Source: Spirochaetia bacterium (GTDB taxonomy: Bacteria; Spirochaetota; Spirochaetia; SZUA-6; Bin103). From it: a stretch of 64,000 nucleotides of DNA. The stretch lies in NCBI GenBank assembly GCA_965199955.1, contig CBDATQ010000003.1, forward strand, positions 64,001 through 128,000, read 5' to 3'. A program made the translations under genes and the position numbers. The notes under the pieces are model-generated. The model searched no databases and was not told the DNA's origin. It saw only the letters and a program-made list of their open reading frames with translations. Shown here one piece after another: positions 19,305 through 28,828 of the stretch (the stretch's first letter is position 1; each line of letters begins with the position of its first letter).

Positions 19305-20216
19305 CTAACCCGCGAGCAGGTGCCGGCCCATGTCCCAGACGATGGTGGCGATGCCCAGGAGCAGGACGGCGGCGAACAGGCGGCGGATGCTCGGCCCCTT
19401 GAACCGCCTGGCGAGGCGTACGCCCAGCAACGCGCCGAGCACCGATCCCGTGGTGAGCAGCAGCACCAGCAGCAGCTCGACGTGCCCCTGCCCGCCGTGG
19501 CGGACCGCCCCGTAGCCGGAAGCCAGCACCACCTGCACGGCGCTGGTGCCGATCGCGACGTGGGTAGGCACACCCAGCACGTAGATCAGCAGCGGAAAGT
19601 TGATGAACCCGCCGCCCACGCCCATCAGCCCGGTCAGGATGCCAATGCCGAAACCCATGGCCAGCGGCACCCACACCGAGATGCCGGACAGACCTGAACG
19701 CGGAAGGTCCATGATCGGCCGCAGCCGGATGCGGCGCAGCGCCCGCCCCGCGCGCGTGTCCACGTCAGCGCGCCCCACGCGGGTCTCGCGCCAGATCATC
19801 ACAGCGACCGACGCCAGCAGCAACACGAACAGGCCGCCGAGCACCAAGTCGAGCAGCGTGATGCCGCCGCCGGAGACGCTCACCTCGCCGATCGACTCCA
19901 GCGCGTTCTGAATTCGCAGGCCCACCTCGGCCCCCGCCACCGCTCCGGCGCCGAGCACCAGCCCCAGGCGCAACTCGACGTTGCCTGCCCGCCGGTGCCG
20001 GTACGCGGACACCGTGCCGGTCAGGAAGATCTGCACCAGGTCGGTGCCCACGGCGACCGGGTACGGCACCCCGAACAGCGCCTTGAGCGCCGGCGTGAGC
20101 AGGAATCCGCCGCCGACGCCGAACAGCCCGGTGAGCACGCCCACCGAGAAGCCGAGCACCACCACGCCCGGCAGCCACACCTCCACCTGGGCCAGGGGAA
20201 GGAACAGCGTCAGCAC
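19305..20216 (-). CDS. TauE/SafE family membrane protein
   Basis: Two GxxGVGGGF repeats, AVGTDL and AIGTS motifs. Confidence 0.88.
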   Translation of the reverse strand: MLTLFLPLAQVEVWLPGVVVLGFSVGVLTGLFGVGGGFLLTPALKALFGVPYPVAVGTDLVQIFLTGTVSAYRHRRAGNVELRLGLVLGAGAVAGAEVGLRIQNALESIGEVSVSGGGITLLDLVLGGLFVLLLASVAVMIWRETRVGRADVDTRAGRALRRIRLRPIMDLPRSGLSGISVWVPLAMGFGIGILTGLMGVGGGFINFPLLIYVLGVPTHVAIGTSAVQVVLASGYGAVRHGGQGHVELLLVLLLTTGSVLGALLGVRLARRFKGPSIRRLFAAVLLLGIATIVWDMGRHLLAG

Positions 20217-20269
20217 GCGCGCACCTTACCCCGGCGCGCGCCACGCTACCGCCGGCTGCCGATTCCGCT

Positions 20270-21124
20270 CTACAGTCCGACCGGCGCCACCGCCACCCAG
20301 TAGTAGACCAGGTAGGCGCCGGCTCCCAGCAGGAACAGCACGCCGACGTGGTTGGCGAACGGCATCAGCGCCCGCAGCCGCTGCGCCAGCGTGGTGCGCA
20401 GCAGCGCGGCCGCGACGGTGACCACGGTGATCACCGCCCCCATGCCCAGCGCGTAGCTCACGAACTGGGCGAGGCTGACCAGCCATCCGTCGGCGGTCAG
20501 CGCCGTCGACACCACCAGCAGAAAAATCGGCAGCGCGCAGCTCAGCGACGCGATGGAGTAGGTCATCCCGAATAGGAGCGCGTTCAGGGTGTTGCGCTGC
20601 GGCGTGACGTGCACGCGGCTGGCCGCGGCGATGCCGATCTTGCGGCCGGTCACCAGCAGCCACAGCGCCAGCGCCACCATGACGGCTCCCACCGCCGTGG
20701 CGGCGTAGGGCAGCAATGGACCCAGCGCCTGCCCGGCCAGCCCCACCAGCACGCCCACGGGGGCCACGACGAACGCGAATCCCACGGTGGTGGCCGCGGC
20801 GATGCGGACCGCAGCCAGCGTGCGCCGCAGCCACGACGCGGCGCCGTAGCCGGTCTCCTGCGTACCGAGCTGCAGCGACAGGTAGGTCGGCAGCATGATG
20901 AACCCGCAGGGATTGACGCAGGCGACGATGCCGGCCCCGAACGCGGTGCCGAACCGCACCGAGCGGGCCAGCTCGGTGGCGGCGTTCTCGGCGCTGGCCT
21001 GCACGCGCGTGAGCAGATAGACCAGGGCCACCACCGCGGCGGCCGGCACGACATGGTACCACAGGAGGTGCCGCCACCCGCCGGTCGCTGGCGGGGACGG
21101 GTCCGCGGTCCGGGCGGTGGCCAT
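20270..21124 (-). CDS. CcdA/DsbD-type cytochrome c biogenesis membrane protein
   Basis: NPCGFIMLPTY and SLSCALPIF cysteines, YALGMG; next to a TlpA gene. Confidence 0.85.
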   Translation of the reverse strand: MATARTADPSPPATGGWRHLLWYHVVPAAAVVALVYLLTRVQASAENAATELARSVRFGTAFGAGIVACVNPCGFIMLPTYLSLQLGTQETGYGAASWLRRTLAAVRIAAATTVGFAFVVAPVGVLVGLAGQALGPLLPYAATAVGAVMVALALWLLVTGRKIGIAAASRVHVTPQRNTLNALLFGMTYSIASLSCALPIFLLVVSTALTADGWLVSLAQFVSYALGMGAVITVVTVAAALLRTTLAQRLRALMPFANHVGVLFLLGAGAYLVYYWVAVAPVGL

Positions 21125-21128
21125 GCGC

Positions 21129-21695
21129 TTACTTCTCCACGTCGATCAGGGCGCCGGCCAGCTCCTCCAGCTTCTCCTTGGTCAGAAAGCCGGTCCAGGT
21201 GTGCGCGATCTGCCCCGCGGAGTTGATGAAATAGGTGGCGGGGAGACCCAGCAGCTCGTATTCCTTCTGGACATGCTCGTCCGCGGTGGTAACCGCCGGG
21301 TAGGTGATCTCCAGCGTATGCAGCAATGAAATCGCGTGCTCGGGCAGGCCGAGCCCGGCCAGCGCGCCGATGTCGACGCCCAGCATCAAGACCTGCCTGC
21401 GGTGCTTGTCGTAGTACTCCTGGAACTCCGGCATCTCGACCTGGCACGGCGGGCACTGGGCCGCCCAGAAGTTGAGGATGATCGGCTTGCCCAGGGCGAC
21501 CACGTCGCTCAGGTGCAGCTCGCGGCCGCCGAGCTCCTTCTCGCCCTGGTACGCCTCGAAATAGAAGTCGGGGGCCATGGGCAGGTCCGCCTGGACCGGG
21601 CTGCCACCGTCGCCGCCCTTGCCGCCGCAGCCGGCCAGCAGCAGGCCGACCGCGGCTGCCAGCAGGACGCGCACTCCTCGTCGTGACCGCTCCAT
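21129..21695 (-). CDS. TlpA-family thiol-disulfide oxidoreductase lipoprotein
   Basis: Lipobox LAGC, LNFWAAQCPPCQVEMP, GLPATYFI. Confidence 0.92.
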   Translation of the reverse strand: MERSRRGVRVLLAAAVGLLLAGCGGKGGDGGSPVQADLPMAPDFYFEAYQGEKELGGRELHLSDVVALGKPIILNFWAAQCPPCQVEMPEFQEYYDKHRRQVLMLGVDIGALAGLGLPEHAISLLHTLEITYPAVTTADEHVQKEYELLGLPATYFINSAGQIAHTWTGFLTKEKLEELAGALIDVEK

Positions 21696-21705
21696 CGCTT
21701 CCTCC

Positions 21706-23103
21706 TCAGTCGACGCCGGCAGCCGGCCGTCCCTTACCCGCGGATCCGTCCGCCCACGGCGCCGGCAGGCCGAGCGCCCGCAGCTTGGCCTCCGCCTCCG
21801 CCCGCTCGCGATTGCGGGCCAAGCGGCCGGGCTGACCCTTGCGCTCGGCCAGCCAGCCCGCCTCGCGCGCGATCTCGGCCGCCTGCTCGTGGTCGCCGAC
21901 GGTCAGACAGGCGACCAGCTCGGTCTCGATCCGGCTCAGGCTGGTGGTATGCAGCCGGTAGTCGCAGAACGCCTCCCAGGCCAGCGGGCACCAGCGGGCG
22001 ACCACTTCCGCGCCGATCACCTTCGCGTAGTGGCGGATCTCCTGCTGCGCGTGGTCGTCCATGCGCAGCGACAGGAAGTGCAGCAGATTGTGCAGGTCGA
22101 TCTTCCAGTACGCCTCGGTATAGGTGGACAACGGCAGGTCCTTGCGCGCCTGCTCGCGCGCCACGCCCGCATCAAGCCGTTCCTGGTAGACGCTCCGCGC
22201 CTGCCGCTGCAGCTCGGCCTCGGCGGCGCTCAGCCGCTCGCCGACCGCACGTTCCAGGGGATCGCCTGACCCCTGCCGGTTGCCGGACGCCTGCGTCCGC
22301 CACTCTGCGGGCGGGGTGGCCTGCGCGGCGTCGATGGCGATCGAGTAGCGGGTCGAGATCTCGTTGACGGAGGCGGTGCGGTGGCGGATCCACTGCCGCC
22401 AGGCGTCCATCGGCACGCGCACGTGCAGCTTCAGCTCGCACATCTCGAACGGGGTGGTGTGGCGGTGGCGCATCAGGTAGCGGATCAGCCCGCGGTCGTC
22501 GCTCACGCGCCGGGTGCCCTCGCCATAGGAGACGCGCGCCGCCTGCACGATCGCGGCGTCGCTGCCCAGGTAGTCGACGACGCGCACGAACCCGTGATCC
22601 AGCACGTCCAGCCGGCGGCCCAGGATCTCGTCCAGCGCGGCGACGTGCGGCCGCGTGAGCGCGTGCTCGCCGGCATCCCGGTCGCCGCCTTCGGCCTCCA
22701 GGAAGCGGGCCGCGCGCTCGACCACCCGGCCCGCCTCCGGGAAGGTGAACAGCTTGCACACCGCCGGGAACGGCAGCCAGCGGCAGTCGGCGATCTCCTC
22801 GGCCTGCAGCCGGACCCTGCCCGTGACCGCGTCGGCCAGGAAGTAGTACACGACCTTGTCGTCACCGGACGGGAGGCGGTAGCGCACCTCCTCGCGGAAC
22901 CCCGGCAGAAAGCTCACGTCACGGAGGCCCACCTCCTCGGCGATCTCGCGCCGCGCCGCTTCGGCGATGCTCTCGCCGGCCTCGACGTGGCCCTTGACCA
23001 GCCCCCAGTAGCCGCGCTCCGACCGCGACTCCACGGCCAGGAAGTGCAGCGCACCGTCGATCCTGCGGAAGAGGGCCGCGCCGCTCGAGGTTACCTGCGC
23101 CAT
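21706..23103 (-). CDS. thyX: NUDIX hydrolase - FAD-dependent thymidylate synthase (ThyX) fusion
   Basis: Complete Nudix box GHVEAGESIAEAARREIAEEVGL; ThyX motifs IVQAARVSY, HTTPFE, RHR-x7-S (RHRTASVNEIS), HAQQEIR. Confidence 0.9.
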   Translation of the reverse strand: MAQVTSSGAALFRRIDGALHFLAVESRSERGYWGLVKGHVEAGESIAEAARREIAEEVGLRDVSFLPGFREEVRYRLPSGDDKVVYYFLADAVTGRVRLQAEEIADCRWLPFPAVCKLFTFPEAGRVVERAARFLEAEGGDRDAGEHALTRPHVAALDEILGRRLDVLDHGFVRVVDYLGSDAAIVQAARVSYGEGTRRVSDDRGLIRYLMRHRHTTPFEMCELKLHVRVPMDAWRQWIRHRTASVNEISTRYSIAIDAAQATPPAEWRTQASGNRQGSGDPLERAVGERLSAAEAELQRQARSVYQERLDAGVAREQARKDLPLSTYTEAYWKIDLHNLLHFLSLRMDDHAQQEIRHYAKVIGAEVVARWCPLAWEAFCDYRLHTTSLSRIETELVACLTVGDHEQAAEIAREAGWLAERKGQPGRLARNRERAEAEAKLRALGLPAPWADGSAGKGRPAAGVD

Positions 23104-23122
23104 CGCCGGCGGCGATTCTACT

Positions 23123-24103
23123 TCACCGATCCTGCACCGACAGGACGACCTTGCCGACGTTTCCGAAGCCCTCGACCAGCGCGTGGGCGTCGCCCGCCTG
23201 CCGGATCGGCAGCGTGCGGTCGATGATCGGCCGCAGCCTCCCTTCGTCGAAGAGCGGCAGGAACCGCCGCGCGAATCCCGCGGTGATCGCAGCCTTCTCC
23301 TCGTCCGAACGGCCGCGCAGCACGGAGCCGATGATCCGGATCCTGCGCCGCATCAGCGCGGCCAGATCGACCGTCGCCTGCGCGCCGCCCAGCGTCGCCA
23401 ACAGGACCAGGCGCCCGCGGGTCGCGAGCACCCGCAGGTTGCGCTCCAGGTAATCGGCGCCGACGATGTCCAGCGCCACGTCCACGCCGCCCCACTCGCG
23501 CTCGATCTCGGTGGCGAAGTCCTGCCGGGTATGGTCGATTGCGAGCTCGGCGCCCAGGCGCCGGCAGACCGCCAGCTTGCGCTCGTCACGCGCCGTGACC
23601 GCCACCCGCGCGCCCGCGCAGGCGGCGAGCTGGATGGCCGCGGTGCCGACGCCGCTGGCGCCGCCGTGGATGAGCACCGATTCGCCCGCCCGCAGCTCCG
23701 CTTCCCGGAACAGGTTCACGTACGCGGTGAGGAACGCCTCCGGGACCGCTGCCGCCTCCGTCAGCGACAGGCGTTCCGGCACGCGCATCAGGCTGCCGGC
23801 AGGCACCGGGCAGCGCTCGGCATAGGCGCCGCCGGGGACGATCGCGCAGACACGGTCGCCGGCGGACCATTCCGCGACGCCCTGGCCGAGCGCTCCGATC
23901 CGCCCGGCGATTTCCAGGCCCAGGATGTCCGACGCCCCGGGCGGCGGCGGGTAGCGGCCGGCGCGCTGCATCAGGTCGGCGCGGTTCACCGCCGTGGCCG
24001 CCACCTCGACCAGGACGTGACCGGCCGGCGGCGGTGCCGGCTCCGAGACCTCCTCCCAGCGCAAGGAGTGCTCGGGGGCGCGGCCGACGACGATCGCGTG
24101 CAC
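23123..24103 (-). CDS. NAD(P)H-quinone oxidoreductase (PIG3-like, MDR family)
   Basis: VNRADLMQRAGRYPPPPGASDILGLE, LIHGGASGVGTAAIQ, GKVVL. Confidence 0.92.
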   Translation of the reverse strand: MHAIVVGRAPEHSLRWEEVSEPAPPPAGHVLVEVAATAVNRADLMQRAGRYPPPPGASDILGLEIAGRIGALGQGVAEWSAGDRVCAIVPGGAYAERCPVPAGSLMRVPERLSLTEAAAVPEAFLTAYVNLFREAELRAGESVLIHGGASGVGTAAIQLAACAGARVAVTARDERKLAVCRRLGAELAIDHTRQDFATEIEREWGGVDVALDIVGADYLERNLRVLATRGRLVLLATLGGAQATVDLAALMRRRIRIIGSVLRGRSDEEKAAITAGFARRFLPLFDEGRLRPIIDRTLPIRQAGDAHALVEGFGNVGKVVLSVQDR

Positions 24104-24105
24104 GG

Positions 24106-24804
24106 TCAGCCCTGCAGGTTGGCGATGGCCGTGCGAGACCCGCCGGGACCGAGGAAGCGGACGATCACGCTCACCAGCAGGGGGCCGGCCAGCGCCTCGC
24201 GGAAGCGCTCGCAGGTGTCCTCCGGGCCGGCGTCGAAGCGCACGCTCAACGGGTCGCCGGCGAACGGCGCCGGGTCATCGGCACCTCCGGCGTACGTCGT
24301 GACGCAGCGCCCGCTGCCCGGCGGCAGCCTGTCGTAGGAGAAGACGCTGCGCTCGGTGACCGCCTGGCCGTCGACGGTGCGCTCGCGAACCACGCCCAGC
24401 CGGCACGCGCCGGGAGCGCCGACGTCGGCCGTGCCGGTGATGCGCGGAGTGGCGAGATCGTCCGGCTCCGCGGTCCATGCCTGGAGCGCGCGTTCCAGCG
24501 TGTGGCCGGCGCTCAGGATGTCCAGGACCGGCTCGGTCTGCTCCCCGTTGCTCACCACGTGCGTCCCGCCACGGCTCATGAGCAGGGGATAGACCACCAG
24601 CGCCGGATCGTCACCGCGCCCGGCATCCACGAACTCCGTCCGGACCGTGCCGTCGGCCGACTCCACCAGCCGCCGGTTGCGGCTGCGCTCGCTGCGGCCG
24701 GTGATCCAGTAGACGATCGCCACGCTCCGGCCGTCGGGCGCCGGGCCCAGCGCCAGGCCGCGCCCGCGGTAGGTGCCGTCGGCCAGCCGCGCCAGGCCGT
24801 CCAT
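24106..24804 (-). CDS. IMP cyclohydrolase-like protein (PurO-related Ntn fold)
   Basis: YRGRG, YWITGRSERSRNR, VSNGEQT, EPD...TPRITG, TTY motifs. Confidence 0.78.
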   Translation of the reverse strand: MDGLARLADGTYRGRGLALGPAPDGRSVAIVYWITGRSERSRNRRLVESADGTVRTEFVDAGRGDDPALVVYPLLMSRGGTHVVSNGEQTEPVLDILSAGHTLERALQAWTAEPDDLATPRITGTADVGAPGACRLGVVRERTVDGQAVTERSVFSYDRLPPGSGRCVTTYAGGADDPAPFAGDPLSVRFDAGPEDTCERFREALAGPLLVSVIVRFLGPGGSRTAIANLQG

Positions 24805-24815
24805 GTCCGGCGCGC

Positions 24816-25214
24816 TCAGCCCGGAAGCACGGCGCGGATGCGCGCCGCCTCGGCCGACAGCGCCTCATCCCCCGGGTTCGGCCCGGCGTTCGCGAAGTCC
24901 ATGTCGTGCATGCCGTCGATCGGGCTGACGTGGACGTGCACGTGCGGGACCTCGAGTCCGGCGATCAGCAGCCCCACCCTGGTGGGCCGATACGCCGCCT
25001 GCTGCGCGCGGGCGATGGTGCGCGCCACCCCCATCAGCGCGCTCAGGGTCTCGTCATCCAGGTCGATCCAATGATCGACCTCGGCCCGCGGCACCACCAG
25101 CGTGTGTCCGGGGCGCAACGGGTTGATGGAAAGGAACGCCACGCACCGTTCGTCCTGCCAGACAAAGTGGGCCGGCAGCTCGCCGGCGATGATCCGCGTG
25201 AAGACGCTTGCCAT
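24816..25214 (-). CDS. HIT family hydrolase
   Basis: MASVFTRII, PGHTLVVP, histidine triad VPHVHVHV. Confidence 0.92.
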   Translation of the reverse strand: MASVFTRIIAGELPAHFVWQDERCVAFLSINPLRPGHTLVVPRAEVDHWIDLDDETLSALMGVARTIARAQQAAYRPTRVGLLIAGLEVPHVHVHVSPIDGMHDMDFANAGPNPGDEALSAEAARIRAVLPG

Positions 25215-25264
25215 GACGATGATCAGTGTAACCCGTACCACGGTCGGGCTATGCTACCGCGCAC

Positions 25265-26308
25265 GTGGACCACTCCCGCACGCTCAACGTCCTGCTGTTC
25301 ATCATCGTCATCATCGCCGTCGGCGTGGCGCTCAAGCTGATGCAGCCGGTGCTCACCCTGTTCCTGGTGGCGCTGATGCTAGCCTACCTGATCGATCCGG
25401 TGATGGTGGTAATGGACGAGCGCCTGAAGCTGCCCTTGTGGGCCGCGCTGCCACTGACCGCCATCCTGTCGCTGGCCGTGCTGTCGGGCATCGGCATGAT
25501 CATCATCCGCAGCCTGGTCGAGTTCACGCGGGACTTCGACGACTTCATGCCGGCCATCGACCGGACCCTGCAGAACGCGACTGAGTTCCTCGCGAGCAGA
25601 TTCGGGGTGGAGCTCTCCTTCAATCCCCTGGAAGAGCTGCGCGGCCTGCTGCTGTCGTCCTTCAATCAAGTGGCCAACGCGGCGCAGTCGGTGCTGCGCG
25701 GCGTCACCTCCTTCCTGCTGGTGTTCTTCTTCGCGCTGCTGTTCCTGTCGGCCAAGCACCACATGACGCGAAGCTTCGCGGACGCGTTCTCGCATCCGCA
25801 GAGCTCGATGCCGGCCATCCTGGGGCAGATCGACCGCTCGCTGCGCCGCTTCATCGGCGTCAAGACCCTGATCAGCCTGTCGGTCGGCACCGCCACGAGC
25901 GTGATCCTGCTGGCCTTCGGCGTCCGCTTCGCCGTGGTGTGGGGGTTGCTGACGTTCCTGCTCAACTTCATCCCCAGCGTCGGATCGCTCTTGTCGATCG
26001 CCGCCGTGGCGCTGTTCTCCTTCGCGCAGTTCGGCGGCGGGCTGACGCCGATCGCCGTGATCGCGTGCGTGGCCGCGGCGCAGGTCCTCACCGGCAGCAT
26101 CCTGGAGCCCAAGCTGCTCGGCGACGCGCTGAACCTGTCGCTGCTGGTGGTGTTCATCTTCCTGTTCTTCTGGGGGTGGCTATGGGGTCCGATCGGCGCC
26201 CTGCTGGCAGTGCCGATGACCGCGGCGCTGCGCATCGTGCTGGCCAACATCCCGGCGACCGAGTCGTTCACCCGGCTCATGGAGGGCCGGCGGCGCGAGT
26301 CGTCCTGA
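25265..26308 (+). CDS. AI-2E family transporter
   Basis: LLNFIPSVGS, ILEPKLLG, WGWLWGPIGALLAVP. Confidence 0.9.
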   Translation: MDHSRTLNVLLFIIVIIAVGVALKLMQPVLTLFLVALMLAYLIDPVMVVMDERLKLPLWAALPLTAILSLAVLSGIGMIIIRSLVEFTRDFDDFMPAIDRTLQNATEFLASRFGVELSFNPLEELRGLLLSSFNQVANAAQSVLRGVTSFLLVFFFALLFLSAKHHMTRSFADAFSHPQSSMPAILGQIDRSLRRFIGVKTLISLSVGTATSVILLAFGVRFAVVWGLLTFLLNFIPSVGSLLSIAAVALFSFAQFGGGLTPIAVIACVAAAQVLTGSILEPKLLGDALNLSLLVVFIFLFFWGWLWGPIGALLAVPMTAALRIVLANIPATESFTRLMEGRRRESS

Positions 26309-26309
26309 G

Positions 26310-26990
26310 GTGGCCGGCATGGCTCACGGGGGCCGGGGCGACGATCTGCGGGTCGACGATCTGTGGGTGCGCCGCGGCACCCGCGACGTGCTGCAGGGCG
26401 TCAGCCTGGAGGTCGCCGGCGGCGGCGGGCTGCTGATCACCGGCGCCAACGGCACCGGCAAGACTACGCTGCTGCGGGCGATCCTGGGCTTCCTGCCGCC
26501 GCGGCGCGGCGCGGTCACCTTTGGCGGGCGCCCCGTGCGGGCTCCGGCAGCCGGCTACGTGCCGCAGGAGTCGCCTGCTGGCGACCTGCCGATCACCGCG
26601 GCCGAGGTGGTGGAGATCGGCACCGTGGCGCGGAGCCTGGGCGCTGCCGAGCGCGGCCGGGTCGTGGCCGCAGCCATGGATGACACGGGGTGCGGACACC
26701 TGCGCCGGCGCCGCTACGGGGAGCTTTCGGGCGGCGAACGGCAGCGCGTGTCGCTGGCGCGCTGCCTGGCGCAGGACGCGCGGCTGCTGCTCCTGGACGA
26801 GCCGACGTCGGCCCTGGACGCCGCGGCGCGCGCCGGCCTGATCGAGCTCCTGGAGCGCCTGCGCGGGCGGCTGGGGCTGGCGATCCTGATGGTCAGCCAC
26901 GATCCTTCGATCGTCAGCCACGATCCGGAAGCGCGGGCTCGCGTCCCGTGGCCGGTGCGCGAGCTGCGCGACGGGCGTGTGCGAACATGA
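26310..26990 (+). CDS. Metal (Zn/Mn-type) ABC transporter ATP-binding protein
   Basis: GANGTGKTT, GYVPQ, LSGGERQR, LLLDEPT, VSHD. Confidence 0.88.
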   Translation: MAGMAHGGRGDDLRVDDLWVRRGTRDVLQGVSLEVAGGGGLLITGANGTGKTTLLRAILGFLPPRRGAVTFGGRPVRAPAAGYVPQESPAGDLPITAAEVVEIGTVARSLGAAERGRVVAAAMDDTGCGHLRRRRYGELSGGERQRVSLARCLAQDARLLLLDEPTSALDAAARAGLIELLERLRGRLGLAILMVSHDPSIVSHDPEARARVPWPVRELRDGRVRT

Positions 26991-27802
26991 GCACCCTGCT
27001 CGAAGCGCTCGCCGTGGCGCCGATCGCACGCGGGCTGGCCGCGGTGCTGATCGCCGGGGCCGCGCTGCCACTGGCCGGAGTGCTGGTGCTGCGCCTGGAG
27101 CTCGTGACCCTGCGCTTCACCCTCATGCACGGGGCACTGCTGGGAGCGGCGGTGGCGCTGGCGATCGGGCTGGATCCGCTGCTTCCCGGCCTGGCTGTCG
27201 CTCTGCTGCTAGTGGTCACGCACGCACCGCTGGCCAGGGCGGCGGGACTGCGGCTCGGATACGTGGCGGCCTTCCTGATGGTGATCACCATCGGCGCCGC
27301 GGCAGCCGTGATCTACCGCGCCGCGGTGCCGGCTCCGGAGGTGTTCGCGGTGCTGTGGGGCGACCCGTTCGCGCTGACCCGCACCGACCTGATCGCCGTC
27401 GCGGCGTTCGGGGCGGCGCTGATCGCGTTCGTGGCGCTGGCCCACCGCCGCATCGCGGCGCTCCTGTTCGACCAGGAGGTGGCGGCCACGAGCGGGGTGG
27501 CCGTGCGGCGGGTGCGGGCGGCGGTGCTTCTTGCGGTAGGCTGCGCCGTGGCCTTCGCGATGAAGCTGATCGGCGCGCTGCTGCTCGACGCCATCCTGCT
27601 GTTGCCGGCGATCCTGGCGCTGGCCGTGGCGCGGAGCGTGCGCGGCCTGTTCCTGCTGGCCGGGGCGGCCGGGCTGGCCGTGGCGGCGGCAGGTTTCGTT
27701 GTGGCGCTTCTGGTCGACCTGCCGGCCAGCGCCGGCGTGACGCTGGCGGCGGCCCTGCTGCTGCCGACGGTGATCGTCGCCCGCCGGCGGAGGCACGCGT
27801 GA
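26987..27802 (+). CDS. Metal ABC transporter permease (ABC-3 family)
   Basis: ATGA overlap with the ATPase; LMHGALLG, LWGD, FDQEVA, MKLIGALL. Confidence 0.85.
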   Translation: MSTLLEALAVAPIARGLAAVLIAGAALPLAGVLVLRLELVTLRFTLMHGALLGAAVALAIGLDPLLPGLAVALLLVVTHAPLARAAGLRLGYVAAFLMVITIGAAAAVIYRAAVPAPEVFAVLWGDPFALTRTDLIAVAAFGAALIAFVALAHRRIAALLFDQEVAATSGVAVRRVRAAVLLAVGCAVAFAMKLIGALLLDAILLLPAILALAVARSVRGLFLLAGAAGLAVAAAGFVVALLVDLPASAGVTLAAALLLPTVIVARRRRHA

Positions 27803-28581
27803 GCCGGCCCGCCGTGGCCGGGGCCCGGCTGTTCCCGCGGCTGCGATACCTGCTGATAGTGTCGTGGATGGGCTGCGCGGCCGCGGCCGGCGCGGACGGC
27901 GGCTCCGTCGTCGCGTCGACCGAGTGGACGGCCGCCTTCGCGCGCGCGGCCGGCATCTCGGAAGTGACAGTACTGGCACCGGCCGCTTCGCGCCATCCGG
28001 CCGAGTACCAGTTGCGGCCGTCGGACCTGCGCGCCGTCGCCGCCGCGGACGCGCTGATCTTCGCCGGTTACGAGGCGATGGCCACACGCATGCAGGAGCT
28101 GGCCCCTAAAGACGCGACGGTGCTGCGCATCGACACCGACTATTCGCTGGCGACCCTCCGCCGATCGCTTGCGGCGCTGCAGCCGGCCGGCGGCACCACG
28201 GAAGCCGCGGCGACAAGCCTGCGCGCGATTGCGGAGGAGTACGCGGCGTGGCGAGCCGAGCTGGCGGCGCGCGGCCTGGCCGGGGCGCCGGCCCTAGTTC
28301 ACCGGTTCCAGGAGCCGCTGGCGCGTGAGTTGGGCTTCGAGGTAGTGGCGACGTTCGGCCCACTGCCGCCCCAGGCGGCCGCGCTCGCCTCCCTGGCCGA
28401 GGCGGAGGTGGCGCTCATCATCGACAACCATCACAACGCGGTCGCCGTCCCGCTCGCGGAGATGCACGCACCTGCGCCGGTGGCGGCGTTCCTGAACTTC
28501 CCCGGCGCCGCCGGCACCGCGACCCTGCTGGACGTGGTCCGCCACAACCGCCGCTTGCTGACGGGTGTGCTGGACGAGTGA
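27799..28581 (+). CDS. Metal ABC transporter substrate-binding protein (TroA-like)
   Basis: GTGA overlap; VVAST, HPAEYQLRPSDL...ADALIFAG; operon context. Confidence 0.75.
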   Translation: MSRPAVAGARLFPRLRYLLIVSWMGCAAAAGADGGSVVASTEWTAAFARAAGISEVTVLAPAASRHPAEYQLRPSDLRAVAAADALIFAGYEAMATRMQELAPKDATVLRIDTDYSLATLRRSLAALQPAGGTTEAAATSLRAIAEEYAAWRAELAARGLAGAPALVHRFQEPLARELGFEVVATFGPLPPQAAALASLAEAEVALIIDNHHNAVAVPLAEMHAPAPVAAFLNFPGAAGTATLLDVVRHNRRLLTGVLDE

Positions 28582-28828
28582 TCCGCGGACACGGCTCTCT
28601 GCTGAATTCAGGATTCGAGGCAGCGCACCCGTCAGCGCCCGCGAACGTCAGACGAGTTACGCCTCCCCGCGCGTATGTCGATTGCCTGGACCGAGCAGAG
28701 CTCGCGCCAGTGCTACGACAGTTGGTTGAGTCGGATTACATCGCTGGCGTGGATCGTTCACGACGATAAGACAGCGACTCAAGAACCGGAGGACGACTGC
28801 CGATCGGACGGTGTCGTCGAACGTCGGC

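Noticed and set aside
28582..28828. Lower-GC intergenic stretch with a short ORF (28578..28769)
   Set aside because: Possibly a gene remnant, but I recognise no motif and cannot support a call.
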